Shown here in pieces: positions 19,242 through 30,540 of a DNA stretch of 64,000 nt. The stretch comes from Candidatus Dojkabacteria bacterium. GTDB taxonomy: Bacteria; Patescibacteriota; Dojkabacteria; J137. The stretch's first letter is position 1; every line of letters starts with the position of its first letter. The stretch spans positions 144,174 through 208,173 of the forward strand of contig JBDTVZ010000002.1 in assembly GCA_040006935.1 (NCBI GenBank). Direction: 5' to 3'. The notes below the pieces were generated by a model that did no database searches, was not told the DNA's origin, and saw only the letters and a list, made by a program, of their open reading frames with translations. Both the position numbers and the translations under genes were made by a program.

Positions 19242-20741
19242 TTAGCTTACAAATTTCTGATAGTTCTTTGTTGCTCGAAGTGAATCGTATTGTCTCTTAG
19301 TATCTAATAGCACTCCAACTAAAATCAAAACACTCGTTCCTCCAATTCCTGAAAGTAATGCTAAGCTTTGTTGAGTTGATGAAAGGACAAGGTATCTTCC
19401 AATTACTGGAATAATTGCAATAATTGCTAGCAAGAATGATCCGATAAAGCCTACTCTAATTAATACTGTTGTTAAATAATTCTCAGTTGATTTCCCTGGC
19501 CTTACTCCTGGAATGAAAGCTCCAGATTTTTGCAAGTTTTCCGAAGTTTCTTTTGGATTTAAAACTATAAATGCATAGAATAAACCAAATATAACTATTA
19601 AAGAGAAATAAACTACATCATATAGTATAGTTTTGTCTGTTATAACCTGCGACTGATTGGCGAATAAGAAACTATCTTTAAGAGATGCAATGAAATCGGT
19701 TGTTCCAACACTCTTCTCAATTAGAGGGATTATTAATTGTGGTAATGATAATAATGCATAAGCAAAGATCACTGGCATAACTCCTGTAACTGTAAATTTA
19801 ATTGGAAGATTCGATCCTCTGCCAATATCCGCTCCTCTAACTCTTCGTGCGTATTGAATTGGAAGCCTTCGTTGGGATTCATTTATAAATACAATTGCAC
19901 AAACAACGAAAATAAAGCCTATGATTGTTCCTATTATGGCCAGAGTTGATGGATTAGTTAAAGCAATGGAATTACCTTTTACAAGTTGGTTAAGAATATT
20001 CCCAACATCTAGTCTATCGAAATCTATTTTGATTAATGCTGGTAAACTGGATAAAATTCCAATCGAAATAACTACTGAAGATCCATTACCCATTCCCTTT
20101 TCTGTAACTATTTCGGAAAGCCACATTAGGAAAACTGTTCCCGCCGCTAAAATTAATGCCATAAAGAAAACTTTACTTAATGTTGGCCATGTTTCACCAT
20201 TAATTCGAGCAATAAGATACAATGGTGTTTCTTTCCCTTGGTTAAAATCTGTTTGGGAAATCAATCCAACATATGCAAGAGAGTAAATAAATGCTAATGG
20301 AAAAGTTATAAATCTTGTAATCTGGTTTATTGCTTGTTGGCCTCTTTCTCCTTCTTGTTGAAGGTTTTTTAATCTTTGAATTGCGTACGGAAGAATTTGC
20401 ATAATAATGGATGCATTAATGTAAGCTGCTAATCCTAAACCCACAATACTTGGGGTTTCTAATCTTCCTCCTGTAAATACTGTGAATAAATAGTTTACTT
20501 CGCTGATGCTCTTATTCTCAAAAAGTGATTTATAAGCAGTCATGTCTACTCCTGGAAGAGGAATTTGTGCTAAACCTCTGTAGATTACAACAATAAGAAG
20601 TGTTATTCCTATTCTTTGTAATATTTCTTTATTTGTAGCTACTTTCTTAATTGACTTGAATAGATTGAAATTTTTCAGGCTTGTTTTAACTTTAGAGAGA
20701 CTTCTTTTAGGAAGTGATTTAATATTTGAAAGTTTTGGCAT
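19242..20741 (-). CDS. secY: preprotein translocase subunit SecY
   Basis: IPLPGVD, YINASIIMQIL, GERGQQAINQITR, GMGNGSS, LPIQYA, GAFIPGVRPG and GGTSVLILVGV. Confidence 0.97.
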   Translation of the reverse strand: MPKLSNIKSLPKRSLSKVKTSLKNFNLFKSIKKVATNKEILQRIGITLLIVVIYRGLAQIPLPGVDMTAYKSLFENKSISEVNYLFTVFTGGRLETPSIVGLGLAAYINASIIMQILPYAIQRLKNLQQEGERGQQAINQITRFITFPLAFIYSLAYVGLISQTDFNQGKETPLYLIARINGETWPTLSKVFFMALILAAGTVFLMWLSEIVTEKGMGNGSSVVISIGILSSLPALIKIDFDRLDVGNILNQLVKGNSIALTNPSTLAIIGTIIGFIFVVCAIVFINESQRRLPIQYARRVRGADIGRGSNLPIKFTVTGVMPVIFAYALLSLPQLIIPLIEKSVGTTDFIASLKDSFLFANQSQVITDKTILYDVVYFSLIVIFGLFYAFIVLNPKETSENLQKSGAFIPGVRPGKSTENYLTTVLIRVGFIGSFLLAIIAIIPVIGRYLVLSSTQQSLALLSGIGGTSVLILVGVLLDTKRQYDSLRATKNYQKFVS

Positions 20742-20790
20742 ATTTTAGACTAAATTAGCTAAGTTGAAATCTGTTAAACAGACTGCATTA

Positions 20791-20796
20791 ATTATA
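20791..20796 (-). promoter_or_regulatory. putative -10 for secY
   Basis: TATAAT on the minus strand ~50 nt upstream of the secY ATG. Confidence 0.4.
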
Positions 20797-20936
20797 CAAC
20801 AAAAAAGCTAATTCTTAGTTGATAATTGGAGATTAATTGGGAATTGAAGTTTAAAGGTAGAAAGTTACATGGTTTAAAAGTTGAATGAAAACATTCCAAC
20901 CTTACAACATTTTAACCTTCCCACTAATTAAAATTC

Positions 20937-21356
20937 TTAATTTGCTTCTTTTGTTACTGGAGCAACGTTTATAATCTTATCTTCACTTTCTCTATATATT
21001 AGAGCTTTTGTTGAGAAAATAATCACAGTATCTCCTTCTTGTGCATCTGCATAGAAAGTAGCATTTTGAGATTTAACTTCCTCAAGATTAGCAATAGTCG
21101 CTATTGTTGGACTTTCGTTTGGAACAAGAATAATTTTCTTGATTTTATCTGTTAATGCATTATATTTTGCTGTGTCTTGCGCTGTCTGATCAGTACCTGA
21201 AGTTGATGCAAGTGGTTCCATTCTAGGTTTTATTACAAAAAGATACACACCACCACCTACAATAACTACTATTAAAATTAGTATTATAAATTTATATAGT
21301 AAATCGTTTTTTTTCTCTATTCTCTTCTGTTTAAAGGGATCTTGAAGCGTATTCAT
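20937..21356 (-). CDS. conserved CPR-type membrane-anchored protein (PTIAT..F...GD..LIYR motif)
   Basis: TM followed by PNESPTIATI..FYADAQEGDTVIIFSTKALIYRESEDKIINVAPV. Start at ATG 21356. Confidence 0.7.
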   Translation of the reverse strand: MNTLQDPFKQKRIEKKNDLLYKFIILILIVVIVGGGVYLFVIKPRMEPLASTSGTDQTAQDTAKYNALTDKIKKIILVPNESPTIATIANLEEVKSQNATFYADAQEGDTVIIFSTKALIYRESEDKIINVAPVTKEAN

Positions 21357-21376
21357 AATATTAAATGTTAAAATAA

Positions 21377-24300
21377 TTAATCTGCTAACCAAGTATAGCA
21401 GTAGTACTTTCCTATCTCAACAGGTGTTGTGAGGTTAATTTTAAATGAACTAGAACTAATTTCAGATACGTTTATCTTTTCTACAGAACTAAGATCTGAA
21501 CAATCTGAAGTCTTAGTAGGTGCTGTATCAGACTGACCTATGATTCCTACACTTACGAAAGGTTGATATGGATATTGTATAGGAAAACTAATTGTTTTGG
21601 ACAAAAGAGGGTAAGTTCCATCGGATTGCATATAACCCCATCCACTTATTTGGAACTGGTTTGGTTGGTCCACTTGATTATCTTTATCAAAACGTATTCT
21701 AGATATAACCAAACCATTTAAACTTCTCCATTCTTGTGATACAGAATCTCGGAATTCCAAGGTTTTAGAAATATCATTTATTCTAAAACCAATTTCATCA
21801 GTTGTAGATCCAAAAAGGATTTTCCCTTCAGATGAAACTTTTATGTAATTTAATCCATTTTTACTTTCAATATCTTTATTGACTTGTAAATTAGCTCCAT
21901 TTTCATCTACTTGATCAACACCGATACCAACTTTTGTATCAGCTAAACTAAATACATTATCGCCTTTTTGTTCCCATAAAAGTGATTGTGTAATTTGATT
22001 ACTATCCGCCAGATTTGTCCACTCTCCTTCCTTATTTTTAAATTGAACTTTTCCTGCTTCGTTTAATTTAAATCCTGCCTCTCCATTTTCACCAAGATTT
22101 ATTTGTACTTTATTATTTATTCCATCGTTGTTTCTAGTTATCATTACGCTTATGAAAGATATTCCCTCACCAGTATGTGGCTCTTGGGCTATTCCTATAT
22201 TGGTTTCTCCATCTTCAGCTTTTTTACCAACTCCTTCAATATCACTTGCAGTTATTTTATCTCCAATTGAAATATCGCCTTTAACTTTTACGGGAACTTG
22301 CCCCACCATACTCATTAATTTCCAATTAGGATCGTTATTGTTTACATCTTCAACGCTTGTAATATTTCCTACAAAACCAGGCGAAGTACTTATTACTCCA
22401 ACGATTGCTTTATCTCCTTCTTTTGCTTTTAGAATACTTTTAGATTCTGTTTCATCTAACTTAACAATATCTCCCGCTTCAATTGAAGTATCGTTTGTAT
22501 GCATATACTCTGCGTAATCAGCACCTACGCTAAACCATCCTCCTTGTTGACTTGTATATGCTCTACCCGTAGCATCGAATCTAAATAATTTTCCATCTGG
22601 TTGACTTGCCGTTGCTGGACCTGTACCTGTTTGGTTCGCAATATAAAATATATCCTCAGCTTTTGTTTGACCTAAGTCCAAAATATCTATGTCTGTCCTT
22701 GTTGAGGAATATGGTGCAACCTGACCTCCATATGTATAAAATTTACCATTGTATATACCATAAGCTGGCCCTTGACGACCAGTTCCTCCTGCTGGTAAAG
22801 CTTGAATCCAACTAGCTGTTTGTATATTGTAATAATATGATGCATTTAATAAAACTCCCGCTCCTGCATATCCTCCCCATAAATAAACCTTATCCTGATA
22901 TGCAAACAAAGTGGGTCCTGCAACAACACCTGTTGAAGGACCAGCACTCCAAGTAGCAGCCTGGATATCATATATTTCGAAAAGTGCTGAAAACCCTGAG
23001 CCTGGGATTGTCCCTCCAAGAACGTACATTTTACCATTCAATATGGTAGACCCCATTCCATATCTTGCAGTGCCTCCAGTTGTTCCAGTTGTCCATGTAT
23101 TTGCTCCGAAATCAAATATACTCATTGTATTAGTTACTGTAGGACAGGCTCCAGCACTATTACATCCTCCCCATAAGTACCACTTACCATTATAAACAAC
23201 TGATGAAGATCCAGATCGAGCAGTTCCTCCAGTTGTTCCTGCTGACCATGTATTAGTTGCTATATTGTAAATTTCCATTGTATTTAAAATACTTGCGCAT
23301 GCTGCTACATCACATCCTCCCCAAATATAAATTTGGGCATTATACAATGCAGACATATGTTCATAGTGTGTTACGCTGCTACTAGCTCCTGTAGACCAAG
23401 TATTACTTGCAATATTATAAATATACATAGTCTTGTCTCCTCCAGTTGCATCTCCTCCATAAACATAGAATTTACCTTGATATATCTCACCAGTTGGTGC
23501 ATTTAAAGTAGACGTTTGTGTTGCTCCCACAGTCCATGCTCTTGTTGTGTATTGAGTATTCTCATTTGTTAAATAAACTAATCCTAAAGGTTTTCCTGTT
23601 ATAGTCAAGACATTACTAGTATCCAATTTTAAACGCTCCTCTGAACCAACATTAATGCTTAGTACAGTATCTCTGATGCCTAGATCATAAATATCAGTTG
23701 TGCTTAAGATATTACTTCCAGCACTATCCAATCCATCTACTTCAAATATTTTTCCATTATATAAAGCTGCTACCTGAGCGTATCTAGCAGTACCTCCTGC
23801 TGTCCCTGTACTCCATGTGCCTAATGCCAAACTATATATATCTACAGTATTAACTCCTGATGAGGTAAAACCATGTACACTCAACATATTTCCATTACTT
23901 ATAAACAAGGAACCATTTCTTCTTGCTGTACCTCCTGCCGTGCCAGTGCTCCATGTGGCTGTTGGAATATCGTAAATGTCTAAAGTATTTGTTACTGCAG
24001 CAATAAAACCCCCGTAGTTATACATTTTTCCATTGTATATCACCGACGTTTGAGACCTTCTAGCAGTTCCTCCTGTAGTTCCAGTAGTCCAACTATTTGC
24101 TCCTATATCGTAAATATCTACAGAGTTTAAGTTAGTTGAGTTATTAGCAGAACCACCCCATATATAAATCTTTCCATTGTAAATAACAGAACTCGCTTGA
24201 CACCTTGCAGTACCTCCAGATGCGCCCGTACTCCAACTATTATTTGCAACATCGTAAATATCTACTACTGTGGTTGTAGATGTTAAGGCTGAGTTTGTGC

Positions 24301-25951
24301 AGCCAGTAACATAGTACATTTTCCCGTTATAAGTTTGACCTGTATGTGCCAGTCTAGCTGTACCTCCTGCTGTTGCAGTAGCCCAAGTGTTTGTTAATAA
24401 ATCATAAACATTCATTGTATTAACAATGGTTGATAATGCCGTATTTGTCGCACCACCCCAAATGTATAATTTAGAATTGTAAACTAAACCGATAGAGTAC
24501 GCTCTTCCGGTCCCTCCTCCAGCACCTATGCTCCAACTTGCAGCAACATTTGAAGAGAGATTTTTATTAATATTCAATCCTCTAAGTATATTTATATTAT
24601 TATAGCCATAGGCATCTATTTGACTACCTGTGATTGAATTTATACTGAGACCTTGAGAGCTAGTGATATTGCCATTGCCATAATAAGTTCCATTGCTATC
24701 AATCCCTACTCTTAAAGCATTGTTAATAAAGATTTTATCAAATTGCTGAGCAATAGTTGCACCATCACCTCCTATCTTACTGGCGATTTGCTCTACAACG
24801 GTCTGGCCTGTAGTCCAGCTTACTGCCGGAGAAACAGAAAGTTGAGTTGAAGTAGGAACTCCATCAATACGTGCGTAAGTTGTACCATTTACTAAAACTA
24901 AATTACCTACATCAAAATTTGTTGTTGAAGATACTACTAGGTTTTTTGTCGTTGTCCCAGTTCCTGAGGTTGTTGTTGATCCATTGCCCACCGTCAAAAG
25001 ACTTCTAACATCTCCTTTAAAATTACTAAGTCCATCCGCAGTAAGATTTAAAGCAATTGTTAATCCTCCGTCAGTTTTTAAAGTATTAGCAGCAGACCTA
25101 TATAAAGTCGCATCTCCTAATAGTAAACCTCCTGTAGCGCCTGTTTGGCTTAAAGCAAGCTGACCCGCATTATTCAATACAAATTTATCTGTACCCGAAC
25201 TTTGTAATTGAAGAATATTCCCTGAACCTTGTTGATTTACTCTAATTGCACCTGTAGAGCTTGGCGTACTTTGTATTGTGGTTGGGCTCAATTGAACAAA
25301 TCCATCTGTTGATGCACCACTCAAAGTTTGAGCGCTGAAAACCGTTGGGACGCTCATTAACCCAGTACGTGTGAAAGTTTCTATTCCCCCTGGTGGTGAT
25401 GCTAAAGTTGTCCATGCACCACTCGGATCAAAAGTAATTTCTAAAAATAGATCTGTTCTATCAAAATTTACTCCTGTAACGGAATCGGCATCTCCATTAT
25501 CATCAAATAATTGACAAAGAGTAGAAGAAGTAACTGTTGAAGCCCAGGAATGGGTTCCAGATGCAGATGCAACACAAACAGAATTAATTCTTAAGTCGAA
25601 CCTTCCTGCACCTGTGCCTATTTCTACATTTGTAAATAACTCTTCAAATAAAAGATTATTTCCTGCAGTTGCTGTTCCACCGCTTACAACATTCCAAATT
25701 CTAACTCTAAAATCGCAAGTATCTGCTCCAGCCGACACACATGCTGGACTTCCAGTTGCAGGTGCGAGTCCCGTAGTCTTGTTTGTGATTCTACTTTGAA
25801 AGTTAATAGTATTATTTATAGTTGCATGAACCTGATGAGTTGAGCTAAAGATAAACATTATAAAAACCACAGATAACAGACGACAGACGACAGATATTAT
25901 TCTTCTGTGATCTGTCTTCCGTATTCTGTTTTCTATTAATTTATAATTCAT
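21377..25951 (-). CDS. giant secreted Kelch-repeat protein with tail-fibre-like chaperone/autocleavage domain (paralog 1)
   Basis: Signal peptide, INFQ N-domain, 2x6 Kelch blades, GADYAEY...GQVPVKV domain and a C-terminal lectin-like beta domain. Confidence 0.85.
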   Translation of the reverse strand: MNYKLIENRIRKTDHRRIISVVCRLLSVVFIMFIFSSTHQVHATINNTINFQSRITNKTTGLAPATGSPACVSAGADTCDFRVRIWNVVSGGTATAGNNLLFEELFTNVEIGTGAGRFDLRINSVCVASASGTHSWASTVTSSTLCQLFDDNGDADSVTGVNFDRTDLFLEITFDPSGAWTTLASPPGGIETFTRTGLMSVPTVFSAQTLSGASTDGFVQLSPTTIQSTPSSTGAIRVNQQGSGNILQLQSSGTDKFVLNNAGQLALSQTGATGGLLLGDATLYRSAANTLKTDGGLTIALNLTADGLSNFKGDVRSLLTVGNGSTTTSGTGTTTKNLVVSSTTNFDVGNLVLVNGTTYARIDGVPTSTQLSVSPAVSWTTGQTVVEQIASKIGGDGATIAQQFDKIFINNALRVGIDSNGTYYGNGNITSSQGLSINSITGSQIDAYGYNNINILRGLNINKNLSSNVAASWSIGAGGGTGRAYSIGLVYNSKLYIWGGATNTALSTIVNTMNVYDLLTNTWATATAGGTARLAHTGQTYNGKMYYVTGCTNSALTSTTTVVDIYDVANNSWSTGASGGTARCQASSVIYNGKIYIWGGSANNSTNLNSVDIYDIGANSWTTGTTGGTARRSQTSVIYNGKMYNYGGFIAAVTNTLDIYDIPTATWSTGTAGGTARRNGSLFISNGNMLSVHGFTSSGVNTVDIYSLALGTWSTGTAGGTARYAQVAALYNGKIFEVDGLDSAGSNILSTTDIYDLGIRDTVLSINVGSEERLKLDTSNVLTITGKPLGLVYLTNENTQYTTRAWTVGATQTSTLNAPTGEIYQGKFYVYGGDATGGDKTMYIYNIASNTWSTGASSSVTHYEHMSALYNAQIYIWGGCDVAACASILNTMEIYNIATNTWSAGTTGGTARSGSSSVVYNGKWYLWGGCNSAGACPTVTNTMSIFDFGANTWTTGTTGGTARYGMGSTILNGKMYVLGGTIPGSGFSALFEIYDIQAATWSAGPSTGVVAGPTLFAYQDKVYLWGGYAGAGVLLNASYYYNIQTASWIQALPAGGTGRQGPAYGIYNGKFYTYGGQVAPYSSTRTDIDILDLGQTKAEDIFYIANQTGTGPATASQPDGKLFRFDATGRAYTSQQGGWFSVGADYAEYMHTNDTSIEAGDIVKLDETESKSILKAKEGDKAIVGVISTSPGFVGNITSVEDVNNNDPNWKLMSMVGQVPVKVKGDISIGDKITASDIEGVGKKAEDGETNIGIAQEPHTGEGISFISVMITRNNDGINNKVQINLGENGEAGFKLNEAGKVQFKNKEGEWTNLADSNQITQSLLWEQKGDNVFSLADTKVGIGVDQVDENGANLQVNKDIESKNGLNYIKVSSEGKILFGSTTDEIGFRINDISKTLEFRDSVSQEWRSLNGLVISRIRFDKDNQVDQPNQFQISGWGYMQSDGTYPLLSKTISFPIQYPYQPFVSVGIIGQSDTAPTKTSDCSDLSSVEKINVSEISSSSFKINLTTPVEIGKYYCYTWLAD
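25867..25931. repeat. inverted heptamer array inside the signal-peptide coding region
   Basis: (NNacaga)x4, 9-nt loop, (tctgtNN)x4. Confidence 0.8.
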
Positions 25952-25956
25952 AATTT

Positions 25957-28900
25957 CTAATTACCTAGAGCTCTCCAAGTGTAACAGTAATACTTACTCC
26001 CCAAGGAGGGCTGATCGGTTCTTATATTTAAATTAAATTTAGTTGTGTCTATAGAATAAGGTGTTATTGTGACAATAGACTCATCAAATATACAACTACT
26101 CAAATTTGCTGGCTCTGTTGTTGAAGATCCAGAAATATCTGTAATTACAACAGGAATACTTCCATAGTTCTTTCCAAACCCTATTGATTTCACTAAGGAT
26201 GTAGTATTATCTCCTTTAATATATCCCCAACCGCTCACTTGTTCAACGTTTTTAATTTCAGTATTAGACCCATCAGGATTAACTTTAGAATTAGATATAA
26301 CTAATCCAGATAACTTTTTCCATTCTTGAGTTATAGAGTCTTTAAATTCTAAGGAATTATCATTAGAATTTAATCTAAATCCAATATCTGAAGAATTGAA
26401 AGTTATACTTCCCTCGCTTGCAGATATTTTTACATATTTTAAACCATCTTTAATTTCAATATCTCCTGCTATCTGTAACTTACTTCCATCCAGATTCTCT
26501 TCTGGTACTCCAATACTTGTTACTCCATTGTTATTATCATATATATTATCTCCAATTTTTTTCCAAATTACACTAGTATCCACACTAATCTGCTGATCAA
26601 TATTTTTCCAATCTTCTTCTTTATCTTTATATTGCAATTTACCTTCATTGCTTAGTCTGAAACCAGCCTCACCTTCTGTTCCTAAGTTTATTTGAACTTT
26701 ATTATTTATTCCCGAATTATTTCTAGTTATTAATACACTTATTCCTCCTATACTTTCTCCATCAAATGATTCTTGAGCTATTCCAATATTATCTTCTCCC
26801 TCCTCTACTCTCATACCAATCCCTGCCTGGCTACTGATTCCAATTCTATCTCCTACTTTTATAGGACCATTTTCCCTGCTTACTTTCACTGGAACTTGTC
26901 CTACCATGCTTAATAACTTCATATCGGCTCTTTGTCTGTTTATATCTTCCACTGAGGTTATGTTTCCTACAAAACCAGGATCTGTACTTATCACACCTAT
27001 TACCTCATCTCCTTTGCTTGCTTTTGATATACTTTTTCCGTCCGACAAATCTAATTTAACAATATCACCTGCTTGTATATTTGTGTCCGAAGTGTGCATA
27101 TACTCAGCATAGTCAGCTCCAACGCTAAACCAACCTCCCTGAGAACTTGTATAAGCTCTTCCAGTCGCATCAAATCTAAACAATTTAGAATCTCCACCTC
27201 CAACTCCTTGTTGATTTGCAATGTAAAAGATATCTTCTGTTTTTGAGATTCCAAAGTCATAAATATCCATTGTATTAAGTTGTGTTCCACCACCTGTATT
27301 CAGTCCCCCCCATCCATAAAGCTTAGCATTCCACATTATTGTAAATTGACCATACCTCGCAGTACCCCCTGCTGTTCCAACACTCCAAACATTTCTTTCT
27401 ATGTCATAAACATCCATTGCTGTCGATGCTGCAGTTGTAAATCCAGCCCAAGAAATCAATTTCCCATTATATTCGACAAGTTGTCCTAGGTATCTTGCAT
27501 TCCCTCCTGCTGTTCCTGTTGTCCATGAGTTTGTTACCAGATCATAAATATCCACTGTATTTGTTGCGGCTGCAATAAAACCTCCAAAATTATACATTCT
27601 GTTTTTATATAAGACTGCACTATGCCATCTTCTAGCTGTTCCCCCTGCCGTTCCTGTACTCCAGCTATTTGCAACTGGATCATAAATATCTACTGTATTT
27701 ATATTTACAGTACCATTAATTCCTCCCCATATATAAATTTTGGCATTCCAGAGTACAGCAGATGCCCCACCTCTTGCGGTTCCCCCTCCTGTCCCTGTAC
27801 TCCATGTATCTGTTGCTATATCGTAAATATCTACAGCATTAGTTACAGATGAAGATGCTATGTTTAGTGTTCCCATAATAATATATATTTTCCCATCGTA
27901 TATAGTTGCAGATGCAGCCCACCTTCCAGTGCCTCCAGCTGTTCCTGTGCTCCAGGTACTAGTTTTAAGGTCAAAAATATCTAAAGTATTATAATAAGCT
28001 GTACAGCCCGTGGTTGTACAACCTCCCCAAATATACATCTTGTCATTGTACTCTACCGTTACTCCATAGTTTCTAGCTGTTCCTCCCGTTGTTCCTGTTG
28101 TCCATCCAGGAGCAGTATATTGACTTCCTTCTTTTGATATATACTGTAAGCCTAATGATTTTGAAGAGAGAGTTATTACATTATTTTGGTCAATATTTAA
28201 CCTTTGCTGATCGCCTACATTCACTTGCAAAACTGTATCTTTAATTCCAAAGTCATAAATATCCATTGTATTTATTGCTCCTGATGCGTCTCCTCCCCAG
28301 TTATACCACTGGTTATTAAACACAGCACTTGCTGGATGTATTCTCGCCGTACCACCTGCTGTTCCTGTACTCCAACTATCTAATGCAAAATCATAAATAC
28401 TTAATGAATTTAGTGCAGAACCATTAGTTCCTCCCCATCCATACATTTTATTATCAAATACCGTAGCTACATGATCTTGTCTTGCGGCACCTCCAGCTGT
28501 TCCTGTTGCCCATGAATTAGCTGAGAAATCATAAATATCCATTGAATTTACTACACCACCATTATTTCCTGCCCAGACATACATTTTGTCATTATAGACA
28601 ATAGCTGTATGTTGAAACCTTGCAATTCCACCCGTTGTCCCTGTTGTCCATGAATTAGCTGCGAAATCATAAATATCCATTGTGTTTGAAACACTGCCGG
28701 TAGATCCACCCCAGATATACCATTTATTATTATAAACAACTCCACTAGCTGCATCTTTCGCAGTACCTCCTGTTGCCCCTGTACTCCAGGTACCAAGTTT
28801 TAAATCATAAATATCCACAGTATTTATTCTCGTTCCTCCACTATTAAAACCACCCCATGCATACATTTTATCGTTAAAAACTGTTGCTACATGGTATCTT

Positions 28901-30537
28901 CTAGCAGTACCTCCTGCTGTTCCTGTTGTCCAAATTTTTGATGAGAAGTTATAAATATCTAAAGAATTGATCACGGATCCTGTAGAACCTCCCCATACAT
29001 AAAGATTTCCGTTATAGGTAACTGCTGTATGTGAGTGCCTTGCTACACCGCCAGTTGTTCCTGTACTCCAGCTTCCAGCTACATTAGAATACTCTGCTTT
29101 ATTTATAATTAAACCTTTGGTTGTATTTAAACCTACAGTGGCCGAACTCCCCATATTTAAACTATTTGTTCCAGTATCAATAGCAAAAGGATTTGTTTTT
29201 CCTCCACCAATAGATTGGTCTCCATAGGTGGTAGAATTTGTACTAGAACCTACTCGCAATCCATTGTTTGTAAACATTCTGTCGTAAAGTAAAGCTACAT
29301 TTGTTCCATTTCCTCCTATGTCTGGAGCTGTATATTCAACTACTGTTTGACCATTAGACCAGCTAACCGCTGGGTTCACTGTGAGTGCTGTACTACTTTC
29401 TACTTTAGTTATAATTGCATAAGTAGAACCATTTATAAGAACTAGATTGCCTACATCAAAATTAGTTGTACTTGAAACTACTAGAGTAGTTACACTGCTA
29501 CCCGTTCCAGTTGCAGTTGTGCTTCCATTTGAAACAGTCGTAATTGCTTTTAGGTTTCCTTTAAATTCTGAATAACCTAGCACTGAGAATTCTGTACTAT
29601 TAGTCCCATCTACAATTAAGTTATCATCAGTTTTTAATACATTAGTTGTTGAATTATATAAATTCACATCTCCACCAATTACTAAACCTCCTGTAGCCCC
29701 AGTTTGAGCAAGAGCCAATTGGCCTGCATTACTCAAAACGAATTTATCGGAACCCGCTTGTTGTAATTGAATAACGTTGCCACTTCCTGTTTGATTAACT
29801 CTGATTGCTCCTGAAGAGCTGGAAGTGCTTTGAACTGCACTAGGATTAAGTTGAACAAATCCTGTTTCATCGAGTCCATTAATTGTTTTAGTTGCATAAG
29901 CTGAAGGAACGGAAGTTAAATTAGTCCTTGTAAATATTTCTATTCCTCCTGGTGGAGAAGCTAGAGTAGTCCATGCACCGCTAGGATCAAAAGTTACTTC
30001 CAAATATAGATCGGTCCTTGCAAAATCAATCCCTGTAGTTGTATCGGTATCTGCATTATCATCAAATAAATTGCAAACAGTTGCAGATGCACCTGTAGTC
30101 CCCCACTGATGTGTTGAGCTGGAAGTAGCTCCACACACTGAGTTTATAGATAAAGTAAAGATTCCATTTCCATCACCTAATTCAACATTATTAAATAATT
30201 CTTCATACATTAAGTTGTTACCCGCAGTTGCTGTTCCTCCACTTACTAAGTTCCAAATCCTCACTCTAAAATCACAAGTATCTGCACCAGAAACTACACA
30301 AGTAGGTGGGGTACCAGAAGTAATATTTAAAAGTGTTGATTTCACAATCATCTTTGTTTGGAAATTAATTACATTATTAATTGCCGCATGGATCTGATTT
30401 GTTGAGATTAAGTTTAGAGTTATGATTGTTAACAACACAAAGATCATAGATAACAGATGACAGATGACAGACCTTATCAATCTATTATCTGCAATCTGTG
30501 ACTTATTTTTTATTCTTTCATTTCTTAATTCTTTCAT
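25957..30537 (-). CDS. giant secreted Kelch-repeat protein with tail-fibre-like chaperone/autocleavage domain (paralog 2)
   Basis: Same architecture as paralog 1. Blade consensus WSTGTAGGTAR..H.A..YN.K.Y.WGG. Confidence 0.85.
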   Translation of the reverse strand: MKELRNERIKNKSQIADNRLIRSVICHLLSMIFVLLTIITLNLISTNQIHAAINNVINFQTKMIVKSTLLNITSGTPPTCVVSGADTCDFRVRIWNLVSGGTATAGNNLMYEELFNNVELGDGNGIFTLSINSVCGATSSSTHQWGTTGASATVCNLFDDNADTDTTTGIDFARTDLYLEVTFDPSGAWTTLASPPGGIEIFTRTNLTSVPSAYATKTINGLDETGFVQLNPSAVQSTSSSSGAIRVNQTGSGNVIQLQQAGSDKFVLSNAGQLALAQTGATGGLVIGGDVNLYNSTTNVLKTDDNLIVDGTNSTEFSVLGYSEFKGNLKAITTVSNGSTTATGTGSSVTTLVVSSTTNFDVGNLVLINGSTYAIITKVESSTALTVNPAVSWSNGQTVVEYTAPDIGGNGTNVALLYDRMFTNNGLRVGSSTNSTTYGDQSIGGGKTNPFAIDTGTNSLNMGSSATVGLNTTKGLIINKAEYSNVAGSWSTGTTGGVARHSHTAVTYNGNLYVWGGSTGSVINSLDIYNFSSKIWTTGTAGGTARRYHVATVFNDKMYAWGGFNSGGTRINTVDIYDLKLGTWSTGATGGTAKDAASGVVYNNKWYIWGGSTGSVSNTMDIYDFAANSWTTGTTGGIARFQHTAIVYNDKMYVWAGNNGGVVNSMDIYDFSANSWATGTAGGAARQDHVATVFDNKMYGWGGTNGSALNSLSIYDFALDSWSTGTAGGTARIHPASAVFNNQWYNWGGDASGAINTMDIYDFGIKDTVLQVNVGDQQRLNIDQNNVITLSSKSLGLQYISKEGSQYTAPGWTTGTTGGTARNYGVTVEYNDKMYIWGGCTTTGCTAYYNTLDIFDLKTSTWSTGTAGGTGRWAASATIYDGKIYIIMGTLNIASSSVTNAVDIYDIATDTWSTGTGGGTARGGASAVLWNAKIYIWGGINGTVNINTVDIYDPVANSWSTGTAGGTARRWHSAVLYKNRMYNFGGFIAAATNTVDIYDLVTNSWTTGTAGGNARYLGQLVEYNGKLISWAGFTTAASTAMDVYDIERNVWSVGTAGGTARYGQFTIMWNAKLYGWGGLNTGGGTQLNTMDIYDFGISKTEDIFYIANQQGVGGGDSKLFRFDATGRAYTSSQGGWFSVGADYAEYMHTSDTNIQAGDIVKLDLSDGKSISKASKGDEVIGVISTDPGFVGNITSVEDINRQRADMKLLSMVGQVPVKVSRENGPIKVGDRIGISSQAGIGMRVEEGEDNIGIAQESFDGESIGGISVLITRNNSGINNKVQINLGTEGEAGFRLSNEGKLQYKDKEEDWKNIDQQISVDTSVIWKKIGDNIYDNNNGVTSIGVPEENLDGSKLQIAGDIEIKDGLKYVKISASEGSITFNSSDIGFRLNSNDNSLEFKDSITQEWKKLSGLVISNSKVNPDGSNTEIKNVEQVSGWGYIKGDNTTSLVKSIGFGKNYGSIPVVITDISGSSTTEPANLSSCIFDESIVTITPYSIDTTKFNLNIRTDQPSLGSKYYCYTWRALGN
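30444..30501. repeat. inverted heptamer array inside the signal-peptide coding region
   Basis: tcataga taacaga tgacaga tgacaga, 9-nt loop, tctatta tctgcaa tctgtga. Confidence 0.75.
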
Positions 30538-30540
30538 TTC